Numbered from the stretch's first letter, positions 1-10,139 are shown. The stretch is 64,000 bases of DNA from an uncultured Clostridia bacterium (GCA_948560265.1 CAOXTD010000002.1:93580-157579), one strand, 5' to 3'. Notes: generated by a model from the sequence alone, not told the origin. Numbers and translations: made by a program.

Positions 1-354
1 ACTATTTTCTGATAATGCTTTTGCTATTTTTAATTTTGTTTCTTCTCCTCCTGATAGATTATTACCTTCTACATTATGAACATTTAATTTACCTAATATA
101 GATTTATCTTCTATGTTGGTTATATCTATTTGCTCTAATTGTGGAATATATGATATTTTTCCATAAGTTTTAATCTCTGCTGTTTTTAATTCTATTTGTC
201 CTAATAAGACTTTTAATAATGTTGTTTTGCCACTACCATTTTTTCCTACTATTCCGATTTTATCATAGTTATATATTTCTAAATTATCAATATTTAAAAT
301 TTGTCTTCCATTATATTCTAAATCTATATTTTTTGCTTTTACTATTAAATCCAT
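1..354 (-). CDS. ABC-F family ATPase, N-terminal part (gene continues beyond the window start); resembles the Vga/Lsa/Msr-type ARE ABC-F N-terminus
   Basis: Reverse-strand translation MDLIVKAKNIDLEYNGRQILNIDNLEIYNYDKIGIVGKNGSGKTTLL... has Walker A GKNGSGKTT and the LSGGE signature. The ATG at 354-352 is preceded by an AAAGGAG ribosome-binding site (RBS). The gene is shorter than the 60-aa ORF-track cutoff because it is partial. Confidence 0.6.
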   Translation of the reverse strand, partial: MDLIVKAKNIDLEYNGRQILNIDNLEIYNYDKIGIVGKNGSGKTTLLKVLLGQIELKTAEIKTYGKISYIPQLEQIDITNIEDKSILGKLNVHNVEGNNLSGGEETKLKIAKALSENS

Positions 355-560
355 TTATTTACTCCTTTATTACATTTCGTATTTTTATACGAGTTACTGT
401 AATAATGTTCTTATCACGAAATAACTCGTGATCTTACCATATTCTTGGTATCATATTTATCTCTCCTCTACAACTTACTAATTGATGTTACTATTATATA
501 ATAAAAGACTGACATTATCAACTAATTATTAGCCCTATATATTGTAATTTTTCGAGATGA

Positions 561-1421
561 TTATCTAATTGAATCTTGAACTTGCTCTAATCCTTGTTTA
601 TCTGTTTTCTTTATTGCAATAAGCATAGTATTTGCAAATATTGATTCTATGTTATCTTCAGCGATATTATTTGTATATTGAAAAGTAAACTCATAATTAT
701 TTTCTTTTTCAACAGTATTTGCTAAACTTCTTTGTACTTTGACCGTTTTTACTTCTTCATCTTGAAATTTCCTAATTGTTAAGTATAAGTAATTTTCATC
801 ATTACTGTCAGCTACATTTACTACATTATATGTTTTTGTAAAAGTATAGCTTTCTGCTATACTATTTATTTCATTAGTTTTATTTTGAGAAATAATATTA
901 TTGATTGTTTCTAAATCTTCTGTTGAAATTGTCGCTTGTTTATCTCCTTTTTGTATTTCTTTGCAAGATTCTTTAATATAATAAATATCCTTATTTAATA
1001 TTATCTTGTGAGTATTTATTCCATTGCATATTTCTCCATTATATTTTGAATTTAATAATATATTTTCTATAATTCCTATATCTTTTATATCTGTAATAGT
1101 AATTGTTTGTCCTTCATATTCAATTTCAATAATATCAGCTTTTGGTAATTCATATTTCATAAACCAATTTCCCATTTTTACACCAATATTGCTTTCATAA
1201 GGCTCGTTTGGAGATACTCCAACATAACGAACTACTTTATAACCTAATCCCCAATAAGTTACTTTACTTCCATCATTGCTAACTACCTTTATGCAACACT
1301 TTGGCTCGTGTCCTGTTGTTACTCTAGCACTATCTGAATAATTTGTAATAATCCCTGCAACTATAAGTACAATTACCAATATTCCTATACTAATACCTAT
1401 TTTCTTTTTCATACGATACAT
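561..1421 (-). CDS. hypothetical membrane-anchored/secreted protein (N-terminal TM/signal)
   Basis: 286-aa ORF with an N-terminal hydrophobic segment KKIGISIGILVIVLIVAGII. No motif recognised. Confidence 0.45.
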   Translation of the reverse strand: MYRMKKKIGISIGILVIVLIVAGIITNYSDSARVTTGHEPKCCIKVVSNDGSKVTYWGLGYKVVRYVGVSPNEPYESNIGVKMGNWFMKYELPKADIIEIEYEGQTITITDIKDIGIIENILLNSKYNGEICNGINTHKIILNKDIYYIKESCKEIQKGDKQATISTEDLETINNIISQNKTNEINSIAESYTFTKTYNVVNVADSNDENYLYLTIRKFQDEEVKTVKVQRSLANTVEKENNYEFTFQYTNNIAEDNIESIFANTMLIAIKKTDKQGLEQVQDSIR

Positions 1422-1948
1422 CTCCCCACAATAATTTTTAATCTCAGCGATAACTTACTATTTATCGCTATCATTATAGCATATTATCAATAATTATTCC
1501 ATATACTTACACGAATTTTAATTCTAATTATCAAACTTCCAATTTTACGATTTTTTCTCTTATTTTTATTGTCTTTTTGCTATTTTTCGTAAAGCATATT
1601 TCTTATATTTTCCTCAAATTTTATAAAAAAACTATTATAAAAGCTAGTATTATAAATACATTGAAGGAATTTTACAAAAAAATGGAAGATAGTTACATAT
1701 TGCGACAGACATTTTAAATACTTATATGTATAATCTCCTTGAAATTTGTCTGTTGGATTTTGTAGTGATAATAAAATTCAATTAAACTAATAATTCCACT
1801 CTTTATTCGTACCAATTATATGACATAGAGTTTTATTAGTAGGCAAATTGTTTGTATTAAAGGAGGGTAGTTTTTTATTTATTTTGGGCCTAACTTCAAA
1901 ATTTCAATTAGGACAAGTTTCTAATTTAGAAATTTGGAGGTTATGTCT

Positions 1949-2434
1949 ATGAAAGACTATTTAAAAGATTCTTTATCTGATGAGGAGGAAAGATATATTT
2001 ATGGAATAATAAACAAAACCATTCTGAAATATTTTAGAAAAACAAATAAATTAGAAAAAGAAAGCATCTCTATAGATGATGATGATTTTCCAGAGGAGCT
2101 GTTGGCAACAGAAGATAAATACAACTTTGTTAATAAAAAACTTGAAACAAAAATACTAAGGGATATTTGTGCCTCAAAACCTTACTCTAAAGATGAAATG
2201 AAAGAAATTGTTGATACATTAGAAAATATAGCAGTAGAATTGGGACTTTCTATGTTTATAACACCATTGACTTTTAATGAAAAGTTAGTGGTGTTTTTAT
2301 TATATCTGAAAAAGTATCAGGTTAATCAAATTGCATTTTTGCTAGATGTAAATAGAAGAACAATTTGTAATAGGGTTAATTCATTCAAAAAGAAAGTAAG
2401 TGATGTAAAGGAGAATTTAAAAAATGGAAGATAA
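1949..2434 (+). CDS. sigma-70 region-4-like / HTH regulator (Tn916 Orf7-like position)
   Basis: C-terminal HTH QIAFLLDVNRRTICNRVNSFKKK. GGAGG RBS lies 8 nt upstream of the ATG at 1949 (the track ORF starts at a TTG at 1934). The gene precedes the xis-int module. Confidence 0.5.
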   Translation: MKDYLKDSLSDEEERYIYGIINKTILKYFRKTNKLEKESISIDDDDFPEELLATEDKYNFVNKKLETKILRDICASKPYSKDEMKEIVDTLENIAVELGLSMFITPLTFNEKLVVFLLYLKKYQVNQIAFLLDVNRRTICNRVNSFKKKVSDVKENLKNGR

Positions 2435-2612
2435 TAAATTTAATAATTACAATTTAACTAATGATGAAGTTAGCAAAATACTAATTGACTTTGAAAATAT
2501 AATTAAGTCAAAAGCATCAAAACTGGGAAAATATAAAGAAGATTGCGAGCAAGAAATAAAAATGCAAATATGTAAAGCACTTACTAAAAATAGAAAAAAA
2601 GAAAAAAATTAA
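2424..2612 (+). CDS. small hypothetical protein, overlapping the upstream gene (Orf8-like position)
   Basis: 62-aa ORF that overlaps the preceding gene by 11 nt. Coding status uncertain. Confidence 0.3.
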   Translation: MEDNKFNNYNLTNDEVSKILIDFENIIKSKASKLGKYKEDCEQEIKMQICKALTKNRKKEKN

Positions 2613-3123
2613 AAAAATTTTAAAAAACTTTCCCATTTTGGTTTTATATTGGAACTTATCTAGTAGAGGGGAAAAATAACAACTCAAATTTAAAAAGAAA
2701 GTGAGGTAAGTTCCAATGTGTTTTAAACTATTTATTTGTTATGCTGTTATTGCTTTTGAACATTTGCGAAAAGAATGTAGAATAAATAAAACGAAAATGA
2801 CAGCAAAAAAACTAGCAGATACAATTTGGCTTATGTACTATGTATATGACAAAAGAAAAATCAAAGAAATGGCTACAAATATTTTGAACAATTTGGAATT
2901 AACAGAATTATGAAAATATTTATATCATTTTTAATAATTTGTTGTGCAATTTTAAATGTTTTAGCAATAATTAATACAATTCGTTTTAAAAGGTTGAAAA
3001 TTAAAACTAGAAAAAAAGTTTATCATACACCAAGATTATCAGATTTACATGGAAAGGATTTTACAAACTATATAGATTATCTTACAGAAGGATTAAAGTG
3101 ATTTCTGTAGTTATCTATATGGA

Positions 3124-3621
3124 TTGTCATGTCAAAAAAGTGTTAGTAGATTTTTGCATTTTGGAGGTATGGAATTGAATAAAAGTAAGTTCAACAGAAA
3201 TGAAGAAATTTATAAATTATACTTTTACAGTAAAATGACATTTTCAGAGATTTCAAAAGTAGTTAACATTTCTATTAGTCAAGTTAGTAGAATTGTTAGA
3301 AAAAATGAAAATTATATAGATGAAAAAGCAAAAAGAATAAATGAAAATAAATTAAAAAACAAAGAATTTACAAAACAATTTATGAAGAAAAAAAGAAAAT
3401 CACAAACTATTGGAAATAGAGATGAAAAAGCTATTTTAGATTATTCGCACAATCAAGCAAGTTGTGAATTGTCTGGAAAGAGAACAATTAATAATCGAGC
3501 TTTTAGAAACTGGAACAGTAGTATCTATGAATTTCATCAAAAAACAAAGGAATACAGACTAAAAGAAGAATTTAAAAACAAAACTTCTTATGCTGTACCT
3601 AAAAAGATCAAATGGAATTGA
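3124..3621 (+). CDS. HTH DNA-binding protein (sigma region 4-like)
   Basis: MTFSEISKVVNISISQVSRIVRKNE is a helix-turn-helix motif. Basic C-terminus. Confidence 0.45.
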   Translation: MSCQKSVSRFLHFGGMELNKSKFNRNEEIYKLYFYSKMTFSEISKVVNISISQVSRIVRKNENYIDEKAKRINENKLKNKEFTKQFMKKKRKSQTIGNRDEKAILDYSHNQASCELSGKRTINNRAFRNWNSSIYEFHQKTKEYRLKEEFKNKTSYAVPKKIKWN

Positions 3622-3630
3622 GGGATTTTT

Positions 3631-4542
3631 ATGGGAGATATGAAAATATATGTTGTTTTAAATATTGATAATTTCAAAAAATTATGTGAGGAAAAACTAG
3701 GAGAAAACATAACTGCTGATGATTTTATTGCATTGGAAAGTTTAAAAAAAGAACAGGTACATTTAGTGCCTAAATTTAAAGCACTTATCGAAAAATACTA
3801 TATACGAGCTAATTCAGAAGAAAAGTCAGATTATGATATTTATATAAAAATAAAGGGTAACTGGTTTAAAAAAAATTTGATAGAGATTACAGAAAGAGAT
3901 ATTAAAGAATTACAAGATAATAACACTATAGAGGATCTAGAAGAATATGAATCTTGGAAAAATACTTTTGCTTATAAAATTATAGATGAAGATAAATTTA
4001 ATGATAGTATTTTACCTAAATTAACAGATGAAGAGATAATAGCATATTCTTCTATATTAAGCAGATTTAATAATGAAAATAATGATATTTTTCTTATTAA
4101 TTACAATGATAGATTTAAAATATTTGTACGTGATGCCAAAATTAATCAACTTCAATTAATGCCCTATACTACACTTAATAAAGAAGATTTATTAGATTTC
4201 ATAAAGAGGGATATTATTCAATATAGCAAATGTAGAATAAATGAAGAAAAAAGTCTAATTAAATTAGATGAAAATACTTATTTTTATACATTAAGTAGAA
4301 GATTCGCTTATGGAAATAGATTTTTAAGACAGATAAGAGATGGAAAGTATGTAGCAAGAGCTTTCTGTAATGATAAATTTAATAATAAAAGAGTTATACA
4401 TGCTTTTGGAGAAACAGAAAGAGAGGCAAAGGAAAAACTTAGAGAAAAAATATGTTTAATTATGGGACATAGAGCAGAAGATACAAAGAAAACAATGAAA
4501 GTATATGAAGAACTTATGGATAAAGATGATTATGATATATAG
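3631..4542 (+). CDS. hypothetical protein
   Basis: 303-aa ORF, operonic with the upstream HTH gene (9-nt gap). Confidence 0.45.
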   Translation: MGDMKIYVVLNIDNFKKLCEEKLGENITADDFIALESLKKEQVHLVPKFKALIEKYYIRANSEEKSDYDIYIKIKGNWFKKNLIEITERDIKELQDNNTIEDLEEYESWKNTFAYKIIDEDKFNDSILPKLTDEEIIAYSSILSRFNNENNDIFLINYNDRFKIFVRDAKINQLQLMPYTTLNKEDLLDFIKRDIIQYSKCRINEEKSLIKLDENTYFYTLSRRFAYGNRFLRQIRDGKYVARAFCNDKFNNKRVIHAFGETEREAKEKLREKICLIMGHRAEDTKKTMKVYEELMDKDDYDI

Positions 4543-4594
4543 CAGCTAAGATAAAAGGTTAAAATAATGTTTTTTATAGATAGGAGTGTAAAAG

Positions 4595-4786
4595 GTGGTT
4601 TCTACAGATGAAAAAATTGGTCTGAATATAAAAGAGGCAAGTAGATTAATGGGAATTAATGAGAAATTAATGTCAGAATTAACTCATGTAAAAGGATTCC
4701 CTTGTATAAAGTTCAAACGAAGAATTGTAATTAATAAATTGAGGTTACAAGAATGGTTTGATAAGAATAGTGGTAGATATTTTTAG
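4595..4786 (+). CDS. xis: excisionase (Xis-Tn-like, MerR-type HTH)
   Basis: 63 aa, KEASRLMGINEKLMSELTHVKGFPCIKFKRRIVINKLRLQEWF, immediately upstream of an integrase. This is the classic xis-int arrangement of Tn916-family elements. Confidence 0.7.
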   Translation: MVSTDEKIGLNIKEASRLMGINEKLMSELTHVKGFPCIKFKRRIVINKLRLQEWFDKNSGRYF

Positions 4787-4907
4787 TATCTATCATTATT
4801 TTTTTGCTCCTGGGGCTGACTTATTTTTTTGAGCACGTTATAATTAAGGAAAATCATTATATTTTGACTTATTCTGTTTTTCCTTAATTGGAGGGAGGAA
4901 AAATTTA

Positions 4908-6425
4908 ATGGTAAAACAGAATATAAATAATGATCAAGATAAAAATAAAGGAACTAGAAAGAAAAATGGTGAAGGTAACTTTAGAAAAAAAGGTAACAAA
5001 TGGGAAGGCAGAATATCAGTAAAGATAAATGGTCGTTCTGTTCAGAAATCAGTAAGTGGTGATACTGAAAGAGAGGCTAGAGATAAAGCCAAAGCATTAA
5101 AAAAGTTTTACGAAGAAAAAGAAAAAAAGTATGCTTATTTAAGAATAAAACAGTCTGAGGTAATATTAGAAGAATGGATTAAAATATGGGTAAAAGATTA
5201 TAAAAGATTAACTATTGCAGAATCCACTTTAGCAGGATATATATCTAAAATCAACTCATATATTAGACCTTATTTTAAAAATCGTAAAATTCAAGAAATC
5301 ACTAAACATGATATACAATTATTCATAAACCACTTATCCACTACAAAGGGGAAACAATCAAAAGATTTCTTATCTTTAAAAACAATTAAAGATACTGTAA
5401 AGATATTAAGAATGATTTTTGCTGATGCTGAGGAGGAAATGGAATTAATACCAACAAATCCAGTAAAGAAACCAAAATACCCTAAAAAACCAGCACCAAA
5501 AGAAAAAGAAATACTAAGTGTAGAAGAACAACTAGCAGTTACAAATATCTTATTATCAGAATATAATGGAATAGCTTTCTTAACATTATTTGTTTTAGGT
5601 GTTAGAGCAAGTGAATTATCAGGATTTTTATGGAAAGACTTAGATGACATTGTAAATGGAATACATGTAGAGAGAGGATTTCAAATCATAGATATTTATG
5701 ATGATGACTTGAATAAAGTTAGAGCAGAAAGAAAATATACTGAACTAAAATCTGAAACAAGTAATAGAATAGTACCAGTTATGCCTATATTAAAAGTAGC
5801 ATTAGAAAATTACAAAGCTGAAGTAATGAAACAATTAGGGATAACAGATGAAAGTATTTTAGACAATGAAAGTATGTTTAAAACTAAAAACGGAAATAAT
5901 ATTACAGCAGATTATCTAAGACATAGATTACATTATGTTTTAGACAAATATGGATATACCAAACACATTACAGTACACGAACTAAGACACACATTTGCAA
6001 CTCGTTGCCTAGAGGCTGGTGTTGATATGAAAACACTACAAACATTTTTAGGACATGCAGATTACAAATTGACTGCAAACACATACTCTCATGTATTAAG
6101 ACAAACAAAGAATAATCAAATACTAAAATACAATACTTATTTAACAGATACTATTCAAAAGAGTTTAGATGATGTTATGAATATAACAGAAGAAACTATA
6201 AAAGATCCAAAATTAAGACAAAAGGCTATTGATAATATGAAAAAGAATTTTGAATTATTAGTAGAGGCTAAACTAAGAGAAAGAGAAGAACAATTAAAAG
6301 AACAAAAAGAAGAAACAACAAGTGCTGAAAAAATTGCAGATACAAATATTGATAATAATGTTCAAAAAGAAAATGCAAAAAGATATATAGCAAAAAGAAC
6401 TATCAAAAGGAAAATACCTGCATAA
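4908..6425 (+). CDS. int: tyrosine recombinase / integrase (phage integrase family) with a K/E-rich C-terminal extension
   Basis: Catalytic region HELRHTFATRCLEAGVDMKTLQTFLGHADYKLTANTYSHV (R...HxxR...Y). 505 aa. Confidence 0.85.
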   Translation: MVKQNINNDQDKNKGTRKKNGEGNFRKKGNKWEGRISVKINGRSVQKSVSGDTEREARDKAKALKKFYEEKEKKYAYLRIKQSEVILEEWIKIWVKDYKRLTIAESTLAGYISKINSYIRPYFKNRKIQEITKHDIQLFINHLSTTKGKQSKDFLSLKTIKDTVKILRMIFADAEEEMELIPTNPVKKPKYPKKPAPKEKEILSVEEQLAVTNILLSEYNGIAFLTLFVLGVRASELSGFLWKDLDDIVNGIHVERGFQIIDIYDDDLNKVRAERKYTELKSETSNRIVPVMPILKVALENYKAEVMKQLGITDESILDNESMFKTKNGNNITADYLRHRLHYVLDKYGYTKHITVHELRHTFATRCLEAGVDMKTLQTFLGHADYKLTANTYSHVLRQTKNNQILKYNTYLTDTIQKSLDDVMNITEETIKDPKLRQKAIDNMKKNFELLVEAKLREREEQLKEQKEETTSAEKIADTNIDNNVQKENAKRYIAKRTIKRKIPA

Positions 6426-6577
6426 TTGGTCTTGACATATTCCAGTTTTACTGATAAAATAACTATAACATTAGCGGGGAATACTTAGGTTGTAATCTTT
6501 TAACAATTAGGGAAAAATTAGGGAAGATAATAAAATATCTTAGCAAACCCTATTGAAATAAGCAGTTTGAAAAATAT

Positions 6578-6632
6578 GCTCGTTGGGCTCATAACCCGAA
6601 GGTCGTAAGTTCGAGTCTTACCCCCGCAACCA
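6578..6632 (+). other. 3' fragment of tRNA-Met (anticodon arm CAT, variable loop, T-arm, acceptor 3' strand plus CCA) with no 5' half; candidate att site
   Basis: Sequence ...ttgggCTCATAAcccgaaggtcGTAAGTTCGAGTCTTACccccgcaACCA gives an anticodon stem TTGGG/CCCGA with loop CTCATAA, a T-arm GTAAG-TTCGAGT-CTTAC and a CCA end. No matching 5' acceptor strand (TGCGGGG) occurs upstream. Confidence 0.7.
6588..6603 (+). repeat. 16-bp core direct repeat CTCATAACCCGAAGGT (left copy, inside the tRNA fragment)
   Basis: Identical 16-mer at 27415-27430. The flanks also match: aaaaa(t)atgct upstream and TAAGTT downstream. Confidence 0.7.
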
Positions 6633-6643
6633 CAAATTTTATT

Positions 6644-6677
6644 AGAGTCGCAAGAGATTGTGGACTCTTATTTTTTT
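6644..6677 (+). terminator. rho-independent terminator downstream of the tRNA fragment
   Basis: Hairpin AGAGTC-gcaagagattgtg-GACTCT followed by a T9 run. Confidence 0.6.
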
Positions 6678-6808
6678 GACCTTGACGTAATTTTGACGTA
6701 AATGGGGACAGCTTGGGGACACAGGCTGTCAAAACCCTTTGAAATAGACTAAAACACGTCTTGTGGTTTTAAAAAAGCAACTTTTGTAATCATATTGAAA
6801 AAGAGTAA

Positions 6809-8011
6809 TTAGTTTTTATCTACCAATAAATTTTGCAAGACTATACCTGCACTTCTATTATGAGAAGCTAGGGGATGGACATAGAAATTGAATGTTGTAC
6901 TTATTTGAGCATGTCCTAATCTTGCTGCTACAACTGCTACATCTACATTTTGTGAAATAAGAAGAGTAGCATTTGTATGCCTGATACCATGAAAATTAAT
7001 TACAGGTAGTCCAATTCTTTTAATAAATTTACCAAACCATTTACTTACTGTATCTGGGTGCATAGGTTTTCCGTTATCTTGAACAAATAATCTATTAGAA
7101 TCGTGCCAGAATTCACCACAAAGTTCTTTTTGATTATCATACCATAACTTATATTCTTCTAACATTTCAACCACTGAATCAGGTATAGAAACATTTCTAT
7201 ATGAACTTGATGTTTTCGGTTCTTTTGTATATATACCTTTTTCAGGAAGATATTGGCTTGCTTTATTTATAGCAATTTCTTTATTCTTGAAATCAATATC
7301 ATTCCATTCAAGTCCCATTAATTCTCCAAGTCTTGCTCCTGTAAAAACATCTAAAATGATTGCAACTTTATACTTTATTTCATTTTCTTGAAGTGTATTC
7401 AAGTTATTTAAAAGAACTTTACATTGCTCATCATCATAGAATTTACGTTTTGCTCTAGAAGCTCTTGGCGGTTGAACTCTTTCAGCAGGGTTAAATGGTA
7501 TTAGTTGCCAATATACAGCTTTGTGTAGCATAGAACTTATTAATCTATGATGTTCTAGAATAGTTTTCTTAGATAATGGTTTTAAAGTTCTTTCTCCATT
7601 ATTTTTAGCAAGTCTTCTTATTTGTGTATCCTGTTCTAGCATATCATATAATTTCATAAGATCTGTTGGTTTGATTTTTTCTAAAGTAAAAGAACCTAAA
7701 TATGGTAAAATTCGAGTTTCTAGCATTCTTACATATCTTTTATATGTTGAAGGTGCTAATTCTTTTTCACCATAATTTATTTGCCATACATGAAAGAATT
7801 CTTCAAATGTTATAGGCTTTCCTTCTGGAATAAGTCCATGATTTGCTTCAGTTACAAATTCAGCTAATGCTATTTCTGCATCTTTGCGAGAACCATGAAT
7901 TGTTTTTGTTCTTTTAGCTCTAGAACCATCTAAATTCTTACCAGTTGATACTATTAACCTGTAAGTATTTTCACCTCTTTTTTCAATACTCCCAGCCATT
8001 GCCTTTTTCAC
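6809..8011 (-). CDS. int: tyrosine recombinase / integrase
   Basis: C-terminal HGIRHTNATLLISQNVDVAVVAARLGHAQISTTFNFYVHP (HxxR...Y). The N-terminal region looks like an SAM-like arm/core-binding domain. 400 aa. Confidence 0.85.
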   Translation of the reverse strand: MKKAMAGSIEKRGENTYRLIVSTGKNLDGSRAKRTKTIHGSRKDAEIALAEFVTEANHGLIPEGKPITFEEFFHVWQINYGEKELAPSTYKRYVRMLETRILPYLGSFTLEKIKPTDLMKLYDMLEQDTQIRRLAKNNGERTLKPLSKKTILEHHRLISSMLHKAVYWQLIPFNPAERVQPPRASRAKRKFYDDEQCKVLLNNLNTLQENEIKYKVAIILDVFTGARLGELMGLEWNDIDFKNKEIAINKASQYLPEKGIYTKEPKTSSSYRNVSIPDSVVEMLEEYKLWYDNQKELCGEFWHDSNRLFVQDNGKPMHPDTVSKWFGKFIKRIGLPVINFHGIRHTNATLLISQNVDVAVVAARLGHAQISTTFNFYVHPLASHNRSAGIVLQNLLVDKN

Positions 8012-8058
8012 CTCCTTTCGGCATAACTATGGGTGGGAGAGGATATGTATATATTTAT

Positions 8059-9198
8059 TTAAATATTTTTTTCATCGTATGTATCAAATTTATCAATACT
8101 TTTCTTCATCCATTCGTTTAATTCACTTTCAGTTGTTTTTCCTTTTTTATATTTTTTTAAGTTTTGTTGAGAAGATTGTTTCCATTGAGCAAAATATTTT
8201 GCTTTTTCGCTATAAGGATTTATTTTTCCTCTTTGAATTTGCATTAATATTCTTTGATATGTCTTCTTGTATAGCTTATAAGCTTCTACATCTCCAATAC
8301 TTTTTTTAAATGTTTCAGCAGCACCTATAACCCTACAAGATTTTTCATCCTTATAATAAACAATATCACAATATATTTCAGATTCTTTTGATGTAGGAAT
8401 AAAGTATTTACCACAATTTTGACATTTTTTAATAGTAACATATGTATTCATTGCAATTTCATTTAAAGAAACAAATATCATATTAGATAAGTATGATGAG
8501 TGATAAATGTGACTTGTTTTATAGCTTAGTTTTCCATCTTTGATACTTTTTCTAATTTTACTTGGATTAGCTAAGTTTGGACTTAATCCATCTGTTCCAT
8601 TAACAAATAAGGTATTAAAATATATATTTGTTTGTCTAGTATAATTGTATAAATCATTTCTTAAAGCATATGATAAAAACTTAATATGAGATAGTTCGTC
8701 CTTATAAGAATCGGAATTATCTAAATTATATACAAAGTTAATACACTCTTTAATTTTCTCTTGTAATTCTATAATCCTTTCTTTTGATTGCTCAAAAATT
8801 TCAGTATAATATTTAAAAAATTCACTAGGAATTTCACAAGATTTTGCTTTAGATATGTTAGTTACATATTCTTTTAATAGTTCAATTCCATAAAAACCAA
8901 AGAAAGTATTATAAGATGTTAGAGAATTTGAAAAGTCAGCATTTAAGAATCTAATTAGAAACATACCATATTTTTCTTCTAATGGATGAAAATAATCTCT
9001 TTTAACTAAAGTACAATTGGTGTTAGGAAATTTATATGTAGTATGTTCTAATAATATTTCTTTATATGTATTATTTATCTTTTTATTAAATGTTAAATTA
9101 CAATTCATTAAAGGTGTTACATAGAACTCCTTTTTTTCTTTTTTATTAAACCATATGACAAAACCATTATCAGTTGGTATTTCGGGGTTTTTAAACAT
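8059..9198 (-). CDS. hypothetical protein with a C-terminal zinc-ribbon-like CxxC...C motif
   Basis: 379 aa with CQNCGKYFIPTSKESEIYCD. Downstream of and operonic with int on the minus strand. Confidence 0.5.
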   Translation of the reverse strand: MFKNPEIPTDNGFVIWFNKKEKKEFYVTPLMNCNLTFNKKINNTYKEILLEHTTYKFPNTNCTLVKRDYFHPLEEKYGMFLIRFLNADFSNSLTSYNTFFGFYGIELLKEYVTNISKAKSCEIPSEFFKYYTEIFEQSKERIIELQEKIKECINFVYNLDNSDSYKDELSHIKFLSYALRNDLYNYTRQTNIYFNTLFVNGTDGLSPNLANPSKIRKSIKDGKLSYKTSHIYHSSYLSNMIFVSLNEIAMNTYVTIKKCQNCGKYFIPTSKESEIYCDIVYYKDEKSCRVIGAAETFKKSIGDVEAYKLYKKTYQRILMQIQRGKINPYSEKAKYFAQWKQSSQQNLKKYKKGKTTESELNEWMKKSIDKFDTYDEKNI

Positions 9199-9257
9199 TA
9201 CTTGTCAACTCCTTAGTATATTCTGTGAGAAATTTAAAATATATTTTATGAATTTTC

Positions 9258-9287
9258 TTGACTTTTAATAAAAAGGTATATATAATG
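9258..9287 (+). promoter_or_regulatory. sigma-A-type promoter (TTGACT, 17 bp spacer, TATAAT) for the xis-like/replication operon
   Basis: ttgacttttaataaaaaggtatatataat lies in the divergent intergenic region. Confidence 0.45.
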
Positions 9288-9431
9288 TGAATGTAAAAAA
9301 TCAAAAACATCTAATGTGAATTTCTCACAAAACTATTTTACAATAAATAAAATAAAAAATCAATAGATATCATGATTTTTTACAAAAGTTTTCAATTAAA
9401 TATGAATTTATAGGAAAGGGGGAATCTATCA

Positions 9432-9626
9432 GTGGTACAGGAAGTAAAAAGGACAACATTAACAATGAAAGAAGCAGCTGATTATTTAGGAATATCATAT
9501 TGGCTCATTAATCAATTAGCAAAAAGAAAGCAAATTCCTTGTTCTAAAGTCGGCGGAAAGTATTTATTCAGAGTGAAAGTATTAGATGAATATCTAACAC
9601 AAAAAGAAGAAGCATCGGTACAATAG
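9432..9626 (+). CDS. excisionase-family / HTH DNA-binding protein
   Basis: 64 aa, MKEAADYLGISYWLINQLAKRKQIPCSKVGGKYLFRVKVLDEYL, typical of Xis/AlpA-like HTH proteins. Confidence 0.6.
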   Translation: MVQEVKRTTLTMKEAADYLGISYWLINQLAKRKQIPCSKVGGKYLFRVKVLDEYLTQKEEASVQ

Positions 9627-9641
9627 GAAGGAGGTAAGAAG

Positions 9642-10139
9642 ATGGTACAAGTCCAGTGGCTAAAAGTTTACACAGATATTTTTGATAATGAGAAAATGAA
9701 GAAATTACTCAGAAATAGAGATGGGGACACTTATTTTAGAGTATGGATTCAACTTTTAACATTAGCAGCAAAAAGTAATCAACATGGAGCTATCTTACTT
9801 GGAGAAAATATTCCAATGTCAAAAGAAGATCTGGCTAAGGTTATGCACAAAACTTTGAATAAATTGGAAAAGATTATACAAGATTTACACAAACTTGACA
9901 TGATTATTGTTGAAAAAGATACAATCTGTATAAAAAATTGGGATATGTACCAAAGTGCCGATGAGTTAGAAAAGCTCCGAGAATCAAACAGAAGAAGACA
10001 ACAGAAATATAGAGAAAAACAGAAAGATAGTAACGTTATAGTAACATCAAGTAACACTGAAGATAAGAATAGAGAAGAAAAAAATAAGAATAGACAAGAT
10101 ATAAGTAATTTAGAAAATGAAAGTGGTTTTAAAGAGTAA
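9642..10139 (+). CDS. phage replisome organizer N-terminal domain protein (replication initiation)
   Basis: N-terminus MVQVQWLKVYTDIFDNEKMKKLLRNRDGDTYFRVWIQLLTLAAKSNQHGAILL matches the conserved replisome-organizer N-domain. Confidence 0.6.
   Translation: MVQVQWLKVYTDIFDNEKMKKLLRNRDGDTYFRVWIQLLTLAAKSNQHGAILLGENIPMSKEDLAKVMHKTLNKLEKIIQDLHKLDMIIVEKDTICIKNWDMYQSADELEKLRESNRRRQQKYREKQKDSNVIVTSSNTEDKNREEKNKNRQDISNLENESGFKE

Larger units (their letters stand above)
1..6603. mobile_element. right end of a Tn916-family-like ICE (regulatory module, xis, int) abutting the tRNA-Met 3' fragment; left boundary outside the window
   Basis: Gene order sigma-like, small ORF, HTH, xis, int matches the Tn916 orf7-orf8-orf5-xis-int end. 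The tRNA 3' fragment and its terminator lie directly downstream of int. Confidence 0.45.

Noticed and set aside
219-431. 70-aa plus-strand ORF at the window start
   Set aside because: It is antisense to the ABC-F ATPase N-terminal coding region and reads as F/L/Y-rich nonsense.
5291-5650. 119-aa minus-strand ORF inside the integrase gene
   Set aside because: It is antisense to a well-supported integrase CDS. It has hydrophobic low-complexity composition typical of a shadow ORF in AT-rich DNA.
9779-10057. 92-aa minus-strand ORF inside the replisome-organizer gene
   Set aside because: Antisense shadow ORF with no RBS. The sense-strand gene has a recognisable conserved N-terminal domain.
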